Counted from the stretch's first letter, positions 10,206 through 19,293 are shown. The stretch: 25,699 nt of DNA from Octopus sinensis (GCF_006345805.1 NW_021833336.1:1-25699); one strand, 5' to 3'. A program made the numbers and translations. Notes: a model not told the origin generated them from the letters alone.

Positions 10206-10417
10206 TTGTTGTTGTTGTTGTTGTTAAGCAACAAGATGGGTAAGGGTGATTAGGTGATGGTCTAGGGCTTAGGAGCGGGAGACCCCAGACCTTGGAAAAA
10301 AAAAACTTTGGTCGTCTTGTTGTAGTCGAGGGCTCTTCGTTGACGCCCAACACCACTGGGAGGTGGCCCTCGAAGTCGCTGGAAATGGAGATCTCCAGGT
10401 CCAAATTCTTGGACGGC
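10206..10417 (-). mobile_element. Ribozyme-headed short non-autonomous retroelement, copy 1
   Basis: Highly similar to 17767-17969; (AAC)n 3' tail; TSD cgaccaggat(a/g)gctg at 10191-10205 and 10417-10431; internal T10 tract; no tRNA A/B boxes seen. Confidence 0.88.
10326..10417 (-). ncRNA. Predicted HDV/CPEB3-like self-cleaving ribozyme with a split P1, copy 1
   Basis: GCC[GTCCAA-GAAT-TTGGAC][CTGGAGAT-CTCC-ATTTCCAG]CGAC-T-TCGAGGGCC(P2)-ACC(P3)-TCCCAGT(L3)-GGT-GTTGGGC(P1')-GT-CAA-CGAA-GAGCCCTCGA(P2'). Folded by hand. Confidence 0.7.
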
Positions 10418-10724
10418 GACCAGGATGGCTGAGTTGTATGCTAGTCTGAATATAATATGAATGTCAATGTCTGCGGAAAAAGAGTGAACGAAGAAGAAAA
10501 AAAAAACCAAAAAATAAACAGGGTCCTCATCTTGACACATGCAATTGAGTAAATACCACGAAAGGCATTCAAGAAACTGATGGGGACAGTGATCAACTGG
10601 GTGATATTTTAAGTCCCATACCTGTAAAAAAAATATAAGACAAAGGAGAAACTCCTTGTTTCACGAGGGGCAGAAATTAAGACACCAGAAATACTTCACT
10701 GTTGTCTGTCTAGTATTTACTTAG

Positions 10725-11212
10725 TGGAGACGAGTGGCTTAGTGGTTAGAGTATTGGATTCATGATCGTACGTTTGTGGTTTCGATTCCTGGACCAGGAG
10801 ACACGTCGTATTCTTGAGCAAAATACGTCATTTCCCGTTGATACAGGCCTCCCAGATAGCAAAAATGAGTAATCCTGCGACGGACCTATTTCTTTACTAC
10901 CCACAAGGGGCTAAAGGCAGAGGGAATAAACAAGGACTGACAAACGGATTAAGTCGATTATATGCGTAACTGGTACTTGATTTATCGACCCCGAAAGGAT
11001 GAAAGGCAAAGTCGACCCCGGTAGAATTTGAACTCAGAACGCAGCGGCGGACGAAATACCACAAAGCATTTGCCCGGCATGCTAACGTTTCTTCCAGCTC
11101 GCCGCGACGGACCGGCGTTACGTGCAGGTGCGGAATATATACGCCACTGAAACCGGGAAACCGGCCCTTATGAGTCAGCATGACTCGAGAAGATAACTTT
11201 ACTTACCTTTCA
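10725..11212 (+). mobile_element. tRNA-derived SINE family C, interrupted by a family-B SINE
   Basis: A box TGGCTTAGTGG, B-box-like GGTTTCGATTCC, CORE-like TTCTTGAGCAA. Resumes after 11113 and ends in a CTTTAC-type tail. Confidence 0.75.
10887..11103 (-). mobile_element. SINE family B monomer nested in family C, 10-bp TSD
   Basis: gcgacggacc at 10877-10886 and 11104-11113. Confidence 0.9.
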
Positions 11213-11361
11213 TTTCACATTTCGACAGCGTAAATTTGGTTCCGATTATTAGGGCTCAATCTAGTAAGTACCAGTTATATACTGGAACCAGTTTTTGTAT
11301 CTAGCCCAAACGTATCAGCTCTGTACCATTACAGAAATTATAGGATCAGCGGTTTCGAATA

Positions 11362-11469
11362 TTTTACTCTTACTCTTTTCTCTTTTACTTGTTTCAGTCA
11401 TTTGACTGCGGCCGTGCTGGAGCACCGCCTTTAGTCGAGCAAATCGACCCCAGGATTTATTCTTTGTAA
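11362..11469 (-). mobile_element. 3' tail of SINE family A
   Basis: Near-identical to 1043-1134. Confidence 0.88.
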
Positions 11470-12621
11470 GATCTTCAAATTGTAAATTTTAATATTGTGT
11501 TAGCCTTTGCAGTAATAATATTCTCCTTATGTAAATATCGTTGTTTATGTAATGATCTAATTATCGTAATTTTCTATATTATTAGATATTAAATTTAAGT
11601 TTATTCGTAAGATACTTCTTAGCGATAGATTTGTTATTTGATAGCAAGCATACGAGGTGTACTAAGTTAGGCTTTGTATATACATGTTTTAATAGTATTA
11701 ATTGTAGTTTTAAATTTATAATTAAATTAGATAAACTTTGATAAACTTAGATATGTTTCGACTAAAGATTGGTCCAAGCCATGTCTAATTTGATAGCATA
11801 ACTTAGTTATTTCTTTAAATTTATATTCGATAATTATTCCCATTGATAATTATATTTATAGTATTTATAGTATTTATTCGATACTATATTACTACGAATT
11901 GATTATTTCTAAAAGTATTTTACATAAGATTTCCGAAAGTTCGTTTAAGTTAGTTTATATGTATTTTGAAATTAGCTATTTCATCTTTAAATATGAAAAA
12001 TTAAATTTATTAGGTCTTTATTATATGTGCATATACAATTATTTATATAGATTATTTTAGATCTTAATTATAATATTTATATACATTTATATATTTTCAT
12101 TGATAATTTATATATATTAGTCATTTTAAATATTTATGTAATTAGATATAGACTAATACCGATATTAGATTATAGGTGGGTTTCCTACCTTATAAATTAA
12201 AATTAATATTTAACATTATAGTCGATTTGGATATAATCATAATTGTTAAGTTCTATGTTTCTAGTTTGATAATAGAGTTTATTATAAGTAAAATTATTAT
12301 ATTATATATATTATTTATATCTTAAAAATATTGTTTAAATATTTCTGATTATATTTTAGATATTTCAATCACCTGAAGATTGACTGTAACTCGAATTTTT
12401 ACGAATTGGGCAGCCATGAAACGATCGTAGTGTTATACTCATTATCTTTTTTTAATAATTTTGATATATATTTAAAATAATATAAATTAATTAATCTTAT
12501 GTATTGGCTTAACTTTTTCATTGTATGATTTGCCTAATAGTGGTTTTATATCTAATTTAATATAAGATAATATTTTACTATAAAATTGGATTCAATCCTA
12601 AATCTGATTTTTCCCTGTAAG

Positions 12622-12622
<1 letters not shown>
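11470..12622. mobile_element. Extremely AT-rich segment carrying a hammerhead motif; probable Penelope-like element fragment
   Basis: Abrupt composition change at 11470, hammerhead at 12370-12432, ends at a (TA)n tract. No protein motif recognised with confidence. Confidence 0.45.
12370..12432 (+). ncRNA. Minimal type I hammerhead ribozyme with intact core nucleotides
   Basis: CAC-CTGAAGA-TTGACTG..CAGCCAT-GAAA-C-GATC-G-TA-GTG. Stem I CAC/GTG, palindromic stem III ACGATCGT, GUA cleavage triplet, two mismatches in stem II. Confidence 0.75.
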
Positions 12623-12661
<39 letters not shown>

Positions 12662-12663
<2 letters not shown>

Positions 12664-12822
12664 ACGACAGGCTTCTTTCAGTTTCCGTCTGCGAAATCCA
12701 CTCACAAGGCTTTGGCCGGCTCGAGGCTATAGCAGAAGACACTTGCCCAAGATACCACGCAGTGGGACTGAACCCGGAACCATGTGGTTGGTTAGCAAGC
12801 TACTTACCACACAGCCACTTCT
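12662..12822 (-). mobile_element. 5' half of SINE family A
   Basis: Near-identical to 1270-1427 and to the reverse complement of 13425-13580. Confidence 0.9.
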
Positions 12823-13418
12823 CCCCTCTTTGTGTTTCCTTTTCTCGAAGAAATTAGCCGTGGTCAGAGAGGAGATGAGATCGATTACGCTAGTCGTTTA
12901 TAAATACAGTTTTCTTTCTGATAACTAAATTGAACGTATAACATCACATTTATGCATGTAGACTTAAGGAATTTCAGGGTCCGGTCATAAGTGCAAAAAA
13001 TGAAATTTGTTTAGGGGAATGCAAACTCAGATCTAAAATCTATTTACAAACAAGTTTCTGTTTTCAATCTTAATATCAAATCAAACAGGTTTAATAATAA
13101 TAATAATTATTATATTTGTATATCAATCAAATCAGATAAATCTAATAACGGAGAAAAGTAAGGTTTCAAATCCAAATCAAGTCCAAAAATGTTTCTACGT
13201 CTCGTTCATTTTGACCATGAAGTTTTTTCAAGTGGATGTTCAAAGCGTTTTCATTGCTTCACTCCCACCAAAATTAAGGAGCTGTGCTTGCACCTTCCCC
13301 AGTTCCTTTTGTTCTCAAACCTATGGATATGGCACAAGGGGCAAGAAGAATTTATCATCGTTAAAAATCTCACGCGTCACTCGACCTGCTAGAAACAACA
13401 GTTAAATCTCCCACATAT

Positions 13419-13707
13419 AGGCGCAGGAGTGGCTGTGTGGTAAGTAGCTTGCTAACCAACCACATGGTTCCGGGTTCAGTCCCACTGCGTGGTATCTTGG
13501 GCAAGTGTCTTCTGCTATAAGCCCCGGCCGACCAATGCCTTGTGAGTGGATTTGGTAGAAACTGAAAGAAGCCTGTCGTATATATGTATATATATATGTA
13601 TATGTGTGTGTTTGTGTGTTTGTGTGTCTGTGTGTCCCCCCTAGCATTGCTTGACAACCGATGCTGGTGCCTTTACGCCCCCGTCACTTAGCGCCCCCGT
13701 CACTTAG
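13419..13707 (+). mobile_element. SINE family A, 3'-truncated, ending in a 16-bp tandem duplication
   Basis: AGGCGCAGGAGTGGCTGTGTGG head; cgcccccgtcacttag occurs twice in tandem at ~13676-13707. Confidence 0.9.
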
Positions 13708-14155
13708 AGAGAGAGAGAGTATATCATACGCTGCCGTTATATAAAAGGAAAAGTCTATTCGATCAGGGTTCATCTGTGTTCAATAGCGAAAACAACAATG
13801 ACAGAAATATTTCTCTTAAAATGTGTTCTCTTGATGCTTACTCACTTCTGATTATCTTTCCTATGTCTTCTGTTTCTGTGCCTTTATAAGATTTAAACGG
13901 AAAATTTGTTTTTCCTTAGTGCTGTCTTATACAAGTAGATCATTTCTATGAGAGATATCGTATCAGCGATATCTTACAAAATACAACACCTTAGGCTTTG
14001 AGAAACAGAAAGAAATGTAATTCACAAACAGTGACGTTTAGTATCTGTATCGATGGCGTTTATGACATTTCAAAGACAGTGTTTGTCATCTTGAGAAAAA
14101 GTATAGAGTTGATGTCACACTGTAACAAACCACTCTTTTAATATTTATTATTCTA

Positions 14156-16050
14156 AGGCAGCGAGCTGGTAGAAACGTTAGCACGCCGGGCGAAATACGT
14201 AGCCGTATTTCGTCTGCCGTTACGTTGTGAGTTCAAATTCCGCCGAGGTCGACTTTGCCTTTCATCCTTTCGGGGTCGATAAATTAAGTACCAGTAACGC
14301 ACTGGGGTTGATACAATCTACTTCATCCGTATGTCCCCTCTGTGTTTAGCCCCTTGTGGGTAGTAAAGAAATAGGTATTTCGTCTGCCGTTACATTCTGA
14401 GTTCAAATTCCACCGAGGTCGACTTTGCCTTTCATCCCTTTCGGGGTCGATAAATTAAGTACCAGTAACGCACTGGGGTTGATACAATCTACTTCATCCG
14501 TATGTCCCCTCTGTGTTTAGCCCCTTGTGGGTAGTAAAGAAATAGGTATTTCGTCTGCCGTTACATTCTGAGTTCAAATTCCACCGAGGTCGACTTTGCT
14601 TTTCATCCCTTTCGGGGTCGATAAATTAAGTACCAGTAACGCACTGGGGTTGATACAATCTACTTCATCCGTATGTCCCCTCTGTGTTTAGCCCCTTGTG
14701 GGTAGTAAAGAAATAGGTATTTCGTCTGCCGTTACATTCTGAGTTCAAATTCCACCGAGGTCGACTTTGCCTTTCATCCCTTCGGGGTCGATAAATAAGT
14801 ACTAGTAACGCACTGGGGTTGATACACATCTACTTCATCCGTATGTCCCCTCTGGTTTAGCCCTTGTGGTAGTAAAGAAATAGGTATTTCGTCTGCCGTT
14901 ACATTCTGAGTTCAAATTCCACCGAGGTTCGACTTTGCTTTTCATCCCTTTCGGGGTCGATAAATTAAGTACCAGTAACGCACTGGGGTTGATACAATCT
15001 ACTTCATCCGTATGTCCCCTCTGTGTTTAGCCCCTTGTGGGTAGTAAGAAAAAATAGGTATTTCGTCTGCCGTTACATTCTGAGTTCAAATTCCACCGAG
15101 GTCGACTTTGCCTTTCATCCCTTTCGGGGTCGATAAATTAAGTACCAGTAACGCACACGTGGGGTTGATACAATCTACTTCATCCGTATGTCCCCTCTGT
15201 GTTTAGCCCCTGTGGGTAGTAAAGAAATAGGTATTTCGTCTGCCGTTACATTCTGAGTTCAAATTCCACCGAGGTTCGACTTTGCCTTTCATCCCTTTCG
15301 GGGTCGATAAATTAAGTACCAGTAACGCACTGGGGTTGATACAATCTACTTCATCCGTATGTCCCCTCTGTGTTTAGCCCTTGTGGGTAGTAAAGAAATA
15401 GGTATTTCGTCTGCCGTTACATTCTGAGTTCAAATTCCACCGAGGTCGACTTTGCCTTTCATCCCTTTCAGGGTCGATAAATTAAGTACCAGTAACGCAC
15501 TGGGGTTGATACAATCTACTTCATCATCCGTATGTCCCCTCTGTGTTTAGCCCCTTGTGGGTAGTAAAGAAATAGGTATTTCGTCTGCCGTTACATTCTG
15601 AGTTCAAATTCCACCGAGGTCGACTTTGCCTTTCATCCCTTTCGGGGTCGATAAATTAAGTACCAGTAACGCACTGGGGTTGATACAATCTACTTCATCC
15701 GTATGTCCCCTCTGTGTTTAGCCCCTTGTGGGTAGTAAAGAAATAGGTATTTCGTCTGCCGTTACATTCTGAGTTCAAATTCCACCGAGGTCGACTTTGC
15801 CTTTCATCCCTTTCGGGGTCGATAAATTAAGTACCAGTAACGCACTGGGGTTGATACAATCTACTTCATCCGTATGTCCCCTCTGTGTTTAGCCCCTTGT
15901 GGGTAGTAAAGAAATAGGTATTTCGTCTGCCGTTACATTCTGAGTTCAAATTCCGCCGAGGTCGACTTTGCCTTTCATCCCTTTCGGGGTCGATAAATTA
16001 AGTACCAGTAACGCACTGGGGTTGATGTAATCGACTTAATCCCTTTGTCT
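14156..16050 (+). repeat. SINE family B head followed by a tandem array of its ~171-bp body (10 full units plus 1 partial)
   Basis: Unit starts (gtatttcgtctgccg) at 14205, 14375, 14546, 14717, 14884, 15058, 15231, 15402, 15576, 15747 and 15918. Only the first unit has the 5' head. Confidence 0.95.
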
Positions 16051-16173
16051 CGGGGATGATACATAAAGTAAAAACAAACCCAAACTGTGGATTGATGGAT
16101 TTGTCAGTGTCCGACGAAATATTTCGTAGCATTTTTTCGTTTTCTTTGTTTTTTTCTTCTGTTTACAATGCTA

Positions 16174-16389
16174 AGAGGAGGTGCTGAAATGTTCGTGGCT
16201 TTAGGTAAAAGAAAATACAAGAGTTTCAGTTAATTATGATTTTATTCAACATATTCCCCTCCTAGATTCACACACTTCTGGTAGTGGTCCTTCAGTTTTT
16301 CTAAGCCCTGTAAAAAACTCGGTAGATTAGGCTTCCAGCTAAGCCTTTCACTATACACCTAAAGCTAGGAACTTTTCAGCACTAACTCA
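16174..16389. mobile_element. Mariner-derived MITE
   Basis: Imperfect TIRs (gaggaggtgctgaaatgttcgtggcttta / taaagctaggaacttttcagcactaactc) with TA on both flanks. The minus strand near 16243-16278 reads KCVNLGGEYVE*, a typical mariner transposase C-terminus. Confidence 0.85.
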
Positions 16390-16894
16390 TAAATTTCAAT
16401 GTTATTTTAATACCACAACCGACACCATTTTGCCCTGGAGTGGAAGAATTGGGTGAAATGTTTCGAGCGAGATCTTGGAATTGGTATGTTCTTGTTGTTT
16501 ACACTGCTGCTAGTCATAATACTTATCCTTTGTTCAGCTCTGAGCAGACTTTGGAACCAAAGAATTACAATCTCGACCACACTTAGAACAACATTATTAG
16601 AATACCATTATGAAATGTATTTAGAATAGCATTAATGCGTGTGATCGTTTATTACTTTTTTTAAAAACGGTAGGGCGGGATTTGTGAAATATTTGGCAGC
16701 AGCCTCAGATCGAGTTGCCACGTAGAAAACTTCGTTGGCTCGAGTGATAGAGAGAAAGGCTGGCGGAAGGAGAATATATGGAGGGTTAGGTCAAGAAGAT
16801 ATGCAAGGGGATAGATTGGAAGAATAGTAGCGAAAGGGGCTGATTTACAGAATGTTGAAATACACACACACGCACGCACTTTTTGTTTCCGTAT

Positions 16895-17045
16895 ACACCG
16901 GCTACTTGAGTTTCCATCTACCAAATTGACTCACAAGGCTTTGGTCGGCTTGGGGCTATAGTAGGAAACACTTGACCACGATGCCATGCTGCGGGACTGA
17001 ACCCGAAACCAAGTGGTATGGAAGCGAACGTCTTATACACAACCA
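16895..17045 (-). mobile_element. Diverged 5' half of SINE family A
   Basis: 'gagtttccatctaccaaattgactcacaaggctttggtcggc..gggactgaacccgaaacca'. Confidence 0.85.
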
Positions 17046-17766
17046 CATGTATACATATAAAACGAAACAATCCCAAAACGTCTCTCATATTTTTTTTTTA
17101 CAGTTTTCGCCATTTAATCTACAAAAACGAAAATAGTTTTCTCTACTTTCATATATTCGTCGGTTTATTTTGGTGTAAGCAGCAGTGTTTCTGACATTCG
17201 TGTCTGTTATTTAAAAAGCCGTGAGTAAAGAGTGAGAGAGAGAGAGAGAGAAAATATTCGCATATTAAGGTGTGAATATTATCTGACCTTTTAATAACGA
17301 ACTGTCAAAGTATCTATTTTAGCACCACTGATTTTACTAAAATAAACAGTGGACATTGTTGACCTAGAACTAAGCTTTTAATCTAAAAAATAAAAAATAA
17401 AATAAAAATTTAACAAAAATGCTCTCTGACAAACACAGAACTCAATCTAAAATGGAAAAACTGCCATACAACTTGACATAGTCCAGATGAGAAGCTCTTC
17501 TATTCAAGTTATTTGTTTCAGAATGCAAATATGATAGATTAGACTATCCTCAAATATATATTTTATTTAGCACAAGATTGCAAATATGGATGTGAATGGC
17601 GGACGTCATATGTCAGATGAGAGGAGAAAGTTCGACATCTGTCACATCAGATGCGTTCGTAAGATGTTGGGTGTCTCATGGGAAGATATGGTCACCAACA
17701 ACGATGCCCTTTGAAGAACAGAATTTGAGACAGCATCTTCAAACTTTAGTGAGTATTGCGTAGGAT

Positions 17767-17969
17767 TGTCGTTGTTGTTAAGCAACAAGACGGGTAAGGG
17801 TGATTAGGCGATGGTCTAGGGCTTAGGGGTGGGAGACCCCAGACCTTGGAAAAAAAAAAACTTTGGTCGTCTTGTAGTCGAGGGCTCTTCGGTGACGCCC
17901 GACACCACTGGGAGGTGGCCCTCGAAGTCACTGGAAATGGAGATCTCCAGGTCCAAATTCTTGAACGGC
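17767..17969 (-). mobile_element. Ribozyme-headed short non-autonomous retroelement, copy 2
   Basis: Same 5' end as copy 1; short (AAC)n tail; TSD at(t/c)gcgtaggat at 17755-17766 and 17970-17981. The host LINE sequence is continuous across it. Confidence 0.88.
17878..17969 (-). ncRNA. Predicted HDV/CPEB3-like ribozyme with a split P1, copy 2
   Basis: GCC[GTTCAA-GAAT-TTGGAC][CTGGAGAT-CTCC-ATTTCCAG]TGAC-T-TCGAGGGCC-ACC-TCCCAGT-GGT-GTCGGGC-GT-CAC-CGAA-GAGCCCTCGA. Four differences from copy 1, none breaking a pair. Confidence 0.7.
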
Positions 17970-18203
17970 ATCGCGTAGGATAGCTTGGTTATGTACGCTG
18001 TATGAACAGAAGTCCGCATCCCTAAAGATGGTTTAGTACAGTCGGGTTCTGGAAAGTCGTCACTACATGAGATATAGTGGTGTGAGATTTACACACGCAT
18101 GTACAGTCACACACTCACACACATTCACACATACATATACACATGTACACGTACACACACATACACACATAGATATATAAGCACACGTACACACACATAT
18201 CTT

Positions 18204-18589
18204 ATTTCTTTATTGTCCACAAGGGGCTAAATATAGAGGGGATAAACAAAGACAGACAGACGGATTAAGTCGATTACATCGACCCCGAAAGGATGAAAGG
18301 CAAAGTAGACCTCGGCGCAATTTGAACTCAGAACGTAACGGCATACGAAATACCTATTTCTTTACTGCCCACAAGGGGCTAAACACTGAGAAGACAAACA
18401 AGGATAGACACACGGATTAAGTCGATTATATAGACCCCAGTGCGTAACTGGTACTTATTTAATCGACCCCGAAAAGATGAAAGGCAAAGTCGACCTCGGC
18501 GGAATTTGAACTCACAACGTAGCGGCAGACGAAATACTGCTAAGCATTTCGCCCGGCGTGCTAACGGTTCCGCCAGCTCGCCGCCTTAT
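18204..18589 (-). mobile_element. SINE family B with one head and two bodies (dimer), 17-bp TSD
   Basis: gtac(a/g)cacacatatctt at 18187-18203 and 18590-18606; internal junction GAAATAG|GTATTTCG at ~18353. Confidence 0.9.
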
Positions 18590-19134
18590 GTACGCACACA
18601 TATCTTCCTAGAATCGTTACAGTGTCGTGTAGATTCCTTTATGTTAATCGTCCGGAAACTCTGCGAGCCGAGTTTGAATCCGCTATGGATTTATTTCTGA
18701 TTTTCGTTCATCCATGGTCGATAAAGTACCAGCCCCATTTTTTAGAACCTCCTCTTCCCTCACTCCTTCTATCTGTCTGTCTTGCATATTTCGACATGGT
18801 ATCGGCCGTAGCCAGACCTGGAGAGAGATATGCACTGCCAGGTCTAAAACTACACATATCATAACAACGGTTCCCCTGAGACTCCATGTGGGAATTGAGG
18901 GTCTTAAGCAAGACACGCACACACACGCGCGCGCGCATCAGTGGTGGTTCCTTTGTGATTGCGAATCATGCAGTGCATACTAAAAAAATCTAAATTAATT
19001 AGATGCAAATAAAATGATAATACATCACTTTTACATACACGCTTTATATATTCTACTGTAACTATATGGATATGGTTTTTTTTTTTTAATTGCATGAACT
19101 GATTTTCTTTTGCCTCAGGAGACGCCACAATATA

Positions 19135-19244
19135 TCTCTATATATATATATGTGTGTGTGTGAGTGTGTGTGTGCGTGTGTGTGTGTGTGCGTGCATATG
19201 TATGTATGTATATATATATATGTATCTATCTATCTATCTCTCTA

Positions 19245-19293
<49 letters not shown>

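Larger units (their letters stand above)
17445..18065 (+). mobile_element. Decayed RTE-type LINE ORF2 C-terminal fragment, interrupted by the ribozyme-headed element
   Basis: Translation: YGCEWRT..FDICHIRCVRKMLGVSWEDMVTNNDAL..[insert]..LGYVRCM..RIPK. Matches the post-RT region of RTE-clade LINEs (RCLRxILxIxWxDxVxN..LGHVxRM..RIPK). Confidence 0.8.

Noticed and set aside
10590-10650. Strong minus-strand acceptors at ~10622 and ~22365 as an alternative last-exon series
   Set aside because: Short frames after poly-T/AG are expected by chance in this composition, and no homology supports them.
10725-10800. tRNA gene (also the SINE heads at 13419 and 14156)
   Set aside because: A/B boxes run straight into SINE body sequence, with no complete cloverleaf or terminator.
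13321-13385. Minus-strand terminal exon (G)RVTREIFNDDKFFLPLVPYP*
   Set aside because: The acceptor lies in sequence similar to the repeat at 9574-9607, so it is probably TE-derived.
14205-16050. CRISPR array or alpha-satellite
   Set aside because: There are no unique spacers and no cas genes. The unit is SINE body sequence, and the match to the 171-bp alpha-satellite period is in length only.
18805-18920. H/ACA snoRNA reading of the two-hairpin island
   Set aside because: Pseudouridylation pockets and lower stems are inadequate, and the ACA is the start of a (CA) repeat.
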